Assembly: GCA_046045965.1 (NCBI GenBank)
Contig: JBJOKS010000003.1
Span: forward strand, 128,001-192,000
DNA length: 64,000 bases
Origin: Cyanobacteriota bacterium
GTDB lineage: Bacteria; Cyanobacteriota; Cyanobacteriia; Cyanobacteriales; Nostocaceae
Direction: 5' to 3'
This document shows, piece after piece, positions 21,439 through 30,775 of the stretch. Below the pieces are notes generated by a model. It was not told the origin of the DNA and made no database searches. It saw only the letters and a list, made by a program, of their open reading frames with translations. Position numbers and translations under genes: made by a program. Positions within the stretch are counted from its first letter, which is position 1. Each line of letters opens with the position of its first letter.

Positions 21439-21520
21439 TGCGGATGAAAGGACTTGAACCTTCACACCTTGCGGTACTAGAACCTAAATCTAGCGCGTCT
21501 GCCAATTCCGCCACATCCGC
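21439..21520 (-). tRNA. trnL-UAG: tRNA-Leu(UAG)
   Basis: GCGGATG acceptor stem, anticodon arm CTAGA-TT-TAG-GT-TCTAG, long variable arm, GGTTCAAGTCC T-loop. Confidence 0.97.
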
Positions 21521-21630
21521 ATCAGTAACTTATAATAGCATAACAAATTATGGATGGCAAGAGGTAATTAAAAATTGGTGCTTGGGTTATTAATCCTCCC
21601 CTGCTCCCCCAGTCCCCAGTCCCCTATCCT

Positions 21631-22821
21631 CTACATGACAGCTACACGGGGTAGACGATGCTTGAAGCCGCAGAGAATTTCCCAGGAAATGGTGTTTAAT
21701 TGATTTGCCCAATCATCAGCTGTGATTTTTTTTCCTCCCTGTTCTCCCAGTAAGGTGACTATTTCTCCTTCCTGCACATCGGGAATAGAACTGACATCTA
21801 ACATGATTTGATCCATTGTAATTGTTCCTATTTGCTGCACACGCTGGCCACGAAGTAAAACTTGCATTTGGTTGGAAAGACTGCGGGGAACTCCATCTGC
21901 ATAACCAATACCCACTACTGCAATCCGCATTTCTCTGGGTGCGATAAACTTATGACCATAGCTAACACCTGTTCCTGCTGCAATTGTTTTTACCTGGGTA
22001 ACTCTGGCTTTGAGTTGTAAAACTGGTTGCAGTTTGATTTTGTGTTGCAGGTGGGGAGCGGGATAAAGTCCGTAAATGGCTAAACCTGCCCGCACCATAT
22101 CATAGTGTAATCTGGGATCTGCCAGGGTAGCGGCTGAGTTGGCTAAATGCAAGTTGGGAATTTTGATACCTCTGGCTTTGATTTGGGATATAGCTTCCTC
22201 AAATCGTCTATGCTGTTCTTGCATGATCGCTGGATCAGAACTATCGGCTGTGGCTAGGTGAGAATAAATACTAGCAATATCCAAATGTGGTAATCCTTGT
22301 ACTAACTGCACAAAATCGCCAGCTTGCTGCCAATCAGTACCTAATCTAGACATTCCCGTATCTAGTTTGATGTGTACAGATAGGGGAGAATTATATTTAA
22401 TTGCTTCAAGAGTATTAGAAAAAATTAAAGCTTGTTTAGGGCTGCATAGTGTGGGTTGCAGTTTCCAGTGAGCGATCGCATGAATTTGTTCTGCTGTATT
22501 GGTTGCTCCTAAAATTAAAATTGGAGCTTTTATCCCACTTTCCCGTAATTGAATACCTTCGGGAACCGTCGCCACTCCTAACCAACTCGCACCCGCTTCC
22601 AAAACTGTTTTAGCAACTGTCACCGCCCCATGTCCATAGGCATCAGCTTTTACTACTGCCATTAACTGGGTACTTGGTGATAAAAATCTTACTAACTGCT
22701 TGATATTATCAGACAACGCCCCTAAATCAATTTCTACCCAAGCACGTTGAGAAAACCAAGCGTAAGTATCACGTTCCTGACTATCAGCAAAACTGGGGGT
22801 TTGTTTGCTACTGAACATCAC
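21631..22821 (-). CDS. alr: alanine racemase
   Basis: AVVKADAYGHGA PLP lysine motif, KLDTGMSRLG, GYADG. Confidence 0.97.
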   Translation of the reverse strand: MMFSSKQTPSFADSQERDTYAWFSQRAWVEIDLGALSDNIKQLVRFLSPSTQLMAVVKADAYGHGAVTVAKTVLEAGASWLGVATVPEGIQLRESGIKAPILILGATNTAEQIHAIAHWKLQPTLCSPKQALIFSNTLEAIKYNSPLSVHIKLDTGMSRLGTDWQQAGDFVQLVQGLPHLDIASIYSHLATADSSDPAIMQEQHRRFEEAISQIKARGIKIPNLHLANSAATLADPRLHYDMVRAGLAIYGLYPAPHLQHKIKLQPVLQLKARVTQVKTIAAGTGVSYGHKFIAPREMRIAVVGIGYADGVPRSLSNQMQVLLRGQRVQQIGTITMDQIMLDVSSIPDVQEGEIVTLLGEQGGKKITADDWANQLNTISWEILCGFKHRLPRVAVM

Positions 22822-22823
22822 TC

Positions 22824-22842
22824 TTCACTCCTATCACACCAC
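22824..22842 (-). promoter_or_regulatory. Yfr1-complementary site over the alr ribosome-binding site
   Basis: mRNA reads GUGGUGUGAUAGGAGUGAA, complementary to the Yfr1 ACUCCUCACAC motif region with a 2-nt bulge. Confidence 0.65.
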
Positions 22843-23090
22843 TGCAAAGCTTCCAGACGATCCGACTGTGCTAATTTTTGCCCCTTCAAGTCATATCAAT
22901 TTAATCAGCAAAGTGTACCGTTGATCCGGGAGTTCATACAAGATAGTTGTGAGTGCTGAGTTATTTTCTTCTGTCCCCATTCCCCAATCACCTGCAACCA
23001 AATTATTTAGGAAGTATAAATTATTCTCATCTCTCTAGGAAGGTATATTTGTGTTAAAATATCTAAAACTAATACCTTGAGCTAACATCA

Positions 23091-23588
23091 ATGGGGAAGG
23101 TTTTAGTCCTAAACGCCTCCTACGAACCGCTCAACATCACGAGTTGGCGACGTGCCATAGTTTTGTTGATTAAAGGCAAGGCAGAACACGTAGAACACAA
23201 CGGTAAATTCCTTTACTCTGATTTCCCACTGCCAACCGTGATTCGGTTGCGCCATTACGTGCGTGTTCCCTATAAAGAAATTCCTCTGACGCGCCGAAAT
23301 ATATTGCATCGTGATGGGCATACTTGTCAATACTGTGGCTACACAGGAGACGAGTTGACTTTAGATCATGTAATGCCGCGATCGCGTGGAGGAGGTGACA
23401 CCTGGGAAAACATTGTTACTGCCTGTGTACGCTGCAATGTCAAAAAAGGCTGTCGTACACCTCACGAAGCCCGGATGCCTTTGCGCCATCAACCCCGTCA
23501 ACCTTACAGCAGTCTCTATTTTGAGGTGACAAAACATCTGAAGAGTGGACTTCATCAAGAGTGGCAAAAATATGTTATAGGACTTTGA
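23091..23588 (+). CDS. HNH endonuclease (conserved cyanobacterial type)
   Basis: VLVLNASYEPL, RDGHTCQYCG, LTLDHVMPRSRGG..WENIVTACVRCNVKK. Confidence 0.93.
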   Translation: MGKVLVLNASYEPLNITSWRRAIVLLIKGKAEHVEHNGKFLYSDFPLPTVIRLRHYVRVPYKEIPLTRRNILHRDGHTCQYCGYTGDELTLDHVMPRSRGGGDTWENIVTACVRCNVKKGCRTPHEARMPLRHQPRQPYSSLYFEVTKHLKSGLHQEWQKYVIGL

Positions 23589-23919
23589 CATTAACACAGA
23601 ACTAACTAGACAGCAGGGGCATGAGTCTTCACCTGTAGGTTTCGCTGTTTGACCTTGGTCAAGATAGTATACCACAAATTGAAGGTTAAATTTGCCCTTG
23701 GTTGGTGTTTTTTGCAGCTTTTCAGGGGCATTCCCAAAGCTGGTAGAACGCTTTGCCCAGATTCCAGCCAGCTAACACAAACACAGACTTCTAATCATAC
23801 CTCATTTTATGAGGTATAGATCATTGTCGCTGTAAATTATTCCGAATCATCCCAGAATTAAGCTCAAAGGTATATTTTGGTTGAATATAGTTGTTACTGC
23901 TGATTAAACATAATAAATA

Positions 23920-24050
23920 TAAGTAAGTCGGCACGAAAAAACCAAGGTATGTAAAAAAATGTAAAATTGCTAAAAACCTCTTCCCTCCAGCATAGCTGCC
24001 TCCTGCCTCCTGCCTTGTCATAACGACAATTTTTAACGCCTACCTACTTA
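23920..24050 (-). mobile_element. 131-bp MITE, copy 1
   Basis: TA-bounded, imperfect TIRs TAAGTAAGTCGGCACGAAAAA / TAAGTAGGTAGGCGTTAAAAA; exact reverse complement of 25764-25894. Confidence 0.88.
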
Positions 24051-24337
24051 TTAGATAGTAGGTTTTGTAAAATTGAAAATCAGTGTGAATTTAAAAATGC
24101 GATTATACCCCCGCTTAGATCAATATTCAAGCTCAAATTGGCTGTTACGAAAAGTTTGATTGTTTCAATTTCTATATGCACTCAAGGCATATGTCAGCAA
24201 TCTCTGACAGATGCTCTTGACAAAAAATAGACCAACATGATGCCGTGCCAAGGCTGTAGATTTCTGCCAAGATCATAATGTGTGGACAAGCCAGAGCATA
24301 ACTGGTGGGAGCCACCACGCTGAAAACCAAATTCCCT

Positions 24338-25630
24338 ATGTACTTGAATTCTCCCGTTACTCAATTTGAGAGTTTTTCATTGACCACAGAGCCGAATGGG
24401 GAGGAAGTGGAAATAGAGAGAGATTCTATTGAACTTCCACCACTTACCCGGCCTTCCTTGCCAGCAGCAAATGGGGCAGCAGCAAATGGTGATGGAGGTA
24501 TCTATTTAGCTCAACGTGGCAATTCCCTTGCTATTCAGAAGTCAGAAGAGTTACAAAAAACCCTGCTCAACCATCGACATGAGCGCCATTTGGTAATTCT
24601 ACAAGACTTTCCTGACCCAGATGCTCTTTCTTGTGCTTGGGCTTACCAGCTAATTGCCCAACAATACGATATCAAATGTGAAATTATTTATGCTGGTACT
24701 CTCAGCCATCAAGAGAATATTGCTTTAGTTAAGTTAACCACTTTACCTGCTCAACGCTGGACAGTGCAAACCCTAAAAAGTAAAGATTTGTTATCTTATC
24801 AAGGGTTTGTGTTAATTGATAACCAGGGAACTACATCTGGGTTACTAGCAGCAGTACAACAGGCCGGACTTCCCCTAGTAGTGCTAGTTGATCATCATAG
24901 TTTGCAGGGAGAACTCAGGGCTGAATTTGCTGATGTTCGTCCTTATGTGCGAGCAACTGCGACAATCTTTACTCAGTATTTACAAGCAGGGTTACTAACA
25001 TTAGATAGCAGTATTAGCCAGCACGTAAAATGTGCCACTGCTTTAATGCACGGCTTGCGATCAGATACAAATCGGTTGATGCAAGCGCAGGAAGAAGATT
25101 TTATGGCGGCTGCATATCTGAGTAAGTTTTATGATGCTCAGTTGCTAAATGCTATTTTACAGGCAAATCGTTCTAAGCGGGTAATGGATGTGATCGAGCG
25201 ATCGCTCAAAAATCGTACCGTCCAAAATAACTTTTCCATAGCTGGTGTTGGTTATTTACGCTACGACGACCGCGATGCTATACCCCAGGCGGCTGATTTT
25301 CTTGTTACAGAAGAAAACGTGCATACTGCTGTAGTGTATGGCATAGTTCACGATGAAGATGACGAACTAGAAGTAGTCATAGGTTCCCTCAGAACCACAA
25401 AACTTACCCTAGATCCTGACGAATTTATCAAAGAAGCCTTTGGACAAGATAGCACAGGGCGGTTTTTTGGTGGTGGACGCACTGGAGCAGGTGGTTTTGA
25501 GATTCCGATGGGATTCTTATCTGGTGGTAACGAAAATTCTGCTTATGCGAAAATAAAATGGGAAGTTTTTGATTCTCAAATTAAGCAGAAATTATTAAAG
25601 TTGGTAAATCCTAAAGATAACCCGATTTAG
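24338..25630 (+). CDS. DHH-family phosphoesterase (NrnA-like)
   Basis: PDPDAL, LIDNQ, VDHH, SDT, GGR motifs; start either ATG 24338 or GTG 24305. Confidence 0.9.
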   Translation: MYLNSPVTQFESFSLTTEPNGEEVEIERDSIELPPLTRPSLPAANGAAANGDGGIYLAQRGNSLAIQKSEELQKTLLNHRHERHLVILQDFPDPDALSCAWAYQLIAQQYDIKCEIIYAGTLSHQENIALVKLTTLPAQRWTVQTLKSKDLLSYQGFVLIDNQGTTSGLLAAVQQAGLPLVVLVDHHSLQGELRAEFADVRPYVRATATIFTQYLQAGLLTLDSSISQHVKCATALMHGLRSDTNRLMQAQEEDFMAAAYLSKFYDAQLLNAILQANRSKRVMDVIERSLKNRTVQNNFSIAGVGYLRYDDRDAIPQAADFLVTEENVHTAVVYGIVHDEDDELEVVIGSLRTTKLTLDPDEFIKEAFGQDSTGRFFGGGRTGAGGFEIPMGFLSGGNENSAYAKIKWEVFDSQIKQKLLKLVNPKDNPI

Positions 25631-25763
25631 TCTTAGGTCAGTTTTTGCTGCAAAAATCGCCTCATTCCCCATCCGTTGGTAGGTTGGGGAAGGATATTTT
25701 TATTACGATTAATATTAAGATTGTATTGTAAAACTTTGCCGAATTTATAGGCAAATATAGTCA

Positions 25764-25894
25764 TAAGTAGGTAGGCGTTAAAAATTGTCGTTATGACAAG
25801 GCAGGAGGCAGGAGGCAGCTATGCTGGAGGGAAGAGGTTTTTAGCAATTTTACATTTTTTTACATACCTTGGTTTTTTCGTGCCGACTTACTTA
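25764..25894 (+). mobile_element. 131-bp MITE, copy 2 (inverted relative to copy 1)
   Basis: Identical to copy 1; contains GGCAGGA STRR units. Confidence 0.88.
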
Positions 25895-25993
25895 TCTAGT
25901 CATTAATTCACAGAGAAGTCAGCTAAAATCACCTATTGAAGAAGATATCAAAACTGATATTTATCAGGCTACTTTACTCCACAAAGAAATTGA

Positions 25994-27844
25994 TTATGAC
26001 ACATCTAGTTTAGTCAAGGTTTTACATAGCGATCGCAGTTCCCTATAGCTATCTTTAGCCTCAGCATTACTTTGAAGATAATCTTGCAGCCAATCACAAG
26101 CATAGTCTAAATGCTTCAATTTCAGAATATTGGGAATTTTCCACAGCAGTAAGCTACCATCATCTCCTAGTGAAGTGAGAATTTGACCATCTTTGCTAAA
26201 CGCTACGGTACGAACGCCTGATCCATGACCTTTTAGCGTTGCCAGCAGTTTCCCTTCTATTGTCCATAGCTTGACAGTTTCATCAATACTGGATGTGGCG
26301 ACTAATGAACCATCTGGACTAAATGCCACACCCCAAACAGCGGACAAATGTCCTTTGAGGGTTGATACTAGAGTCCCATCTGTGCGCCAGATTTTAGCGG
26401 TTTTATCGCCACTACTGGAAGCCACCAGCGACCCATTCGGACTAAAAGCTACTCGCCACACCGCCGCCTCGGGCTTGAGAGTTTGGCGCAATTTACCGTC
26501 TTGACTCCACAGTCGGACTGTCCCTTCATTACTTGCTGTGGCAAACTGGCTGCCATCAGGGCTGTAGGCAACATCCCAAATGGGGGTCGGATGCCCAGAC
26601 CAATTTTGGATCTTTTGTCCCGACACCCTCCAGCGGAATATCTGGCCTTTAGAGGTAGTAGATACAAGTTCTCGCCCATTGGGATGCCAGGCTACTCCCA
26701 ATGCTACTCCATCCTGGGGACTGAAGGTTTGCAGCAACTTACCTGCCATATCCCAAAGTTTCAGAGTCCCATTTTCCCCAGCCGAAAGGAACTGATTCTG
26801 GGTAGGATGCAGGGAGAGGTTGGTAACATTTGCCTGATCAGCGTCCATGATCTGATAGGTTAATTTGTCTGGTGACAGCAGGATAAAAGTATTGCTTGTA
26901 CCAGTAATGGCAATAGTTTTCCCATCGTGACTGTAGATAGATTTAAGAAATGTTGTACTAGGTAAACCTTGCAACCTTTGATGAAAGGAATTGTGCGCCT
27001 GCCAAAGTAATACAGTATTATCAGCCCCAGCCGAAGCGATGGTAGTTCCATCAGGGCTAAAAGCTACCCCCCAAATAGCTGATTGGTGTCCTTTAAATGT
27101 ATTCAATAAAGTACCCTGACGACTCCATAAAGCCAGGGTTTTATCATGACTGGCTGACACAAATTTACTACCATCAGGACTGAAAGCAATTCCTTCCAAT
27201 GCTGCGCTGTGGTGGTTCAGGGTAGTGATCAGCTTACCATCTTGATCCCACAGTTTGATAGTTTTATCCAAAGAGCCACTAACCAGAAGTTCCCCATCGG
27301 GACTAAATTCTAGGGCATGGACTGCTTGCTGATGACCATTCAGGGTTTGGAGACGCTGACCTGTGGGACTCCATAGGGTGACAGTACCGTTATTACCTCC
27401 GATCGCAATTCGATCACCTTTGGGACTATAGTCCAGGATGCGGACTCCTGAAGGGTTGCCACCAGTATCAATGATGCCAATACGTTTCCCATTGATGTGC
27501 CAAATCTCGATTTTGCTGGTGGGTCCTCCAATCACTAAGGTTTGGCTATTGGGGCTGAAATCGAGACCCCAAATGCCTTGCAATTGAGTATAAATTGTAC
27601 GTTTTAACTCGCCATTAGCTGTCCATATTTTGACAGTACCATTGTCTGCACAAGATGCCAGCCATTGACCATCGGGACTAAATTTGACTACTCGAATCAT
27701 GGACTTATGTCCTGTCAGTGTGGCTAACAGCCTCCCACTCCGATGCCAAAGTTTGATGGTTTGGTCTACACCAGCCGTTACCAGCCTTTCACCATCGGGG
27801 CTAAAACTGACGGTCATAACAGCTGCTTGGTGACCGTCAAGGCG
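25994..27844 (-). pseudogene. WD40-repeat protein, N-terminally truncated
   Basis: About 14 GH...WD-type repeats and C-terminal ACDWLQDYL; frame begins mid-repeat at RLDGHQAAVMTVSFSPDG with a stop immediately upstream. Confidence 0.85.
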
Positions 27845-30410
27845 TCAGAAATTTCAAAACAACGCACTAAATTAACTTCATTAGGTACGGTAAAACGACA
27901 GGAAACGATATACCAAGCAATTTCTGATGCTGGTTTAATCTCAGTAACATTTCCCGAAAATGAGATTTTATTACTAGAACGATGGCTTTTTTGTCCCCAA
28001 TAGGTACATTTAAAAAGTTTGGCTCCATTGACATTATTGGGATCTATTGTTGGCGTTACTTTAAACTCAAAGGTTTCTTCATAAGTTGCCTGTTGAGTGA
28101 CGGCAAATAGCTCTTGATTGCGATATTGTACTGCGTCTGTTGTGCCATTTCCTAACTTCCGGTTGAGGGTGACAGCACTCACATAACAATCACCGTAAAC
28201 TGTGGCATCGTTTTTGTTAACAGAAAAATCAATAACTTGGCGCTGATTATCTTCATCAATGACAATTCCTCCTAAGCGCCAATAACCCACTAAATCAAGT
28301 TCTTGCCCTGTCAGTTGCAGATACATACTATTTTTGATTTCTTCGGCAGTACGAGCAACTTTCCAGATGCGAAATTCTGCTATCTTCCCTAGAAAATCAG
28401 GATCAATACTCCACTTTTGCCAATGTAGCAGTTATTTCTGGTGATATTGCTGGGAACAAAGACTGTTCCTGATGCCTTGAGTACACCATTCCAATAAATA
28501 GCAGCATTGCCACTGGCGTTAATAGTAGCTGCGACATGAACCCATTGCTTGTTAGGGAAAATCTCTGCGGTTTGAACTTTTTGGGCGATGCTACCGTTAA
28601 AAATAGTCAAATTTATTTGACCTGTTGTACCTGCCCAAGCTAACACTATATTATTATTATTTTCACCATTACCAAAATCAATGATCCGATTCCAATTGCG
28701 TTTGGCATCTTCGTTATAAACCCACGCTTCAATGGTCATTGCACCCCCTAAGTTACTAGGAGGTAAGCCAATATAATCTCCGTTGCCATCAAAAACAATT
28801 CCTCGCCGTTTTAAAGATTGTAATTTGAGATTAACCGCTTCTGCGGTTTGCCAACTCAGATTATTAATTGTAAAGTTTTGATCATCAACTTTGGTAATGG
28901 GATAACTACCATCATAACTAGCGGTATCAAAAATTTGGACGGCATCCCCATTTCCTAAGCCATGATTTTCGGCTTTGATGCGTAATTTCCCAGTGGATGT
29001 AATTTCATATCCTGTAATTATGCCATCAAATGTAATGGCTTGTGCTTCTGGAGGAACTGCTTTCCATGTTCCTAATTGAGTATTCTGAACAGTGGCATTT
29101 TCTACCCAAGGAGCATTGATTTCAAAAGTGGTATTATCAATTTTAGTAATGGTGTGATAACCATCATAAGCACTTGTTCCTTGAATGACAATTTCTTGAC
29201 CACTTTTGAGAACAGAAGCCTGAGCAGAAGTTACTTGAACATTAGGAATACTATCTCTGATGTTGCGATTAAAAGCGGTAATTGTTCCTTCTGGGGGTGG
29301 AGCGACAATTCCAATGGCTTGAATCTGATCTAAGGTATTTAGGGGAAGTAATATTTCTCGAATATTACTGCGAAGGACTTTGTTACTGGGAGTATTATTA
29401 ATTTGAGATAATGTGCCATCACCTAAAGCGGCAAAATTCATACTTGCTACCTTGTCATCATTGGTGACAATGGTTAACATAACTTTGGTTTCATCTCGCA
29501 TTAACTGTGTTCCTACTTCCGTTTGACGAGATGATTGCACATAAAATTTGGTGGCACTAATGCCATTTCCTACTTGTACATTTAGATTCAGAGTCCGTTT
29601 GATAATACCGGGTATAGTACGAGGAATTAAAGTTGGATCGTTTTCGGATTTAGGTTCAAAAATGTTGTAATCGTGAACTTCAAATAAACCTTCTTCAGAT
29701 ACTCGCAGGGAGTGAAGGTCTACTTTCTGAGTTTGACTATTATAGGCGAAGATGTTCCAGCGATATTTATTATGTTCTACTGTGGGTAATTGGATGACAG
29801 AAAACCAGCCTTGATGCAGATTTTTAATAAAGGTTAATTCTGTGGTTGGTTCATAGAAAGAATTACCATTTGCATCTCGATAGTCGAGGGAATCAACATT
29901 TTTTAAACCGCTGACACCTTGTTGCATTTTTTCACTAGGTTTTAACCTTTGTCTACTGCGTTTGAAACGAACTTGCAGTTTACGGACTAATTTGTTAGCA
30001 ATACCGTCTAAAACATAGCGATCGCACAATAGGGTATTCTGTTTCGACTGACGAAATACATAAAGATGTTCTATTCCTGATACTAATTGTACAGGAGCAA
30101 CTGCTGTTTCATTTTGGGTGCGATAACGAGAACGTAAGATAAATTGACTGGTATTGTCTTGATAGGTTAATTCCTTGGTTTCTTGCGCTACTACTGAAGG
30201 ATCATCTGTTGTTTCATTGGGAAAATCCAATTCTTGCCAGTTTTCCCACCCTGTACGCTGTTCAGGAGGTGTGTTGAGATAACTATCTTCAAAACCATCT
30301 TGTTTGACAGTGTACCAAACTTTACCTTGGCTATCTGTACCGAACAGGACTACTTTACCTGCATGGGTGATGCTGTTGATGTATCGGATTTGTTCTTGTT
30401 GGAGTAACAT
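27845..30410 (-). pseudogene. large LamG (concanavalin-like) domain protein, frameshifted and 3'-truncated
   Basis: ORFs 28389-30410 and 27814-28326 join through a frameshift near 28413 (..CYIGKS / WSIDPDFLGKIAEFRIWKVARTAEEI..) which completes the LamG domain; ends at the WD40 junction. Confidence 0.85.
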
Positions 30411-30477
30411 AGTTTTCTAATGGTAAATAAACTGGAGAGTTTTAAACTCACATCAGGAGTATTACGTAAGTAGAAAC

Positions 30478-30679
30478 ACTATAGTCAACTTCAGGAAAAG
30501 AAAACAAGTCAGAAAAGTCTGGTATTTATTCTGATGTAAAGTCTAATTAGGTCAGAAAAGTCGGATCAATTATGCAGACTTCTGATTTGACAGTAAAAAA
30601 AGTTGGAAAAGTCTGATTTATTGGCTAGATAATTTCTGACTTTTCCGACTTGAAAATGACTCTATTGATTGGTTACTAT
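30478..30679. promoter_or_regulatory. operator-like repeat array with two divergent putative promoters
   Basis: 17-mers near consensus AAGTCRGAAAAGTCDGA at 30506, 30549, 30600 and inverted at 30635; each outer copy lies exactly 22 nt before a TAnnnT hexamer (TATAGT minus strand 30483-30478; TACTAT plus strand 30674-30679). Confidence 0.75.
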
Positions 30680-30775
30680 ATTGGTTGTTAATCAACCTAA
30701 TAATTTGTTCAAAAAAGTTGAGAAGAATCGGATTTATTAATCGAATTTGTTAAATTGACCACAGACTCAAGAGGA

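Noticed and set aside
21439..21520. tRNA-Leu as an island integration site
   Set aside because: No integrase and no duplicated tRNA 3' end seen in the window
23091..23588. HNH gene as a homing endonuclease or defence effector
   Set aside because: Looks like the conserved housekeeping-context HNH beside alr, with no intron or defence neighbours
30506..30651. CRISPR array or iterons
   Set aside because: Units are 17 bp, degenerate, unevenly spaced and one is inverted; no cas or rep gene; geometry fits an operator
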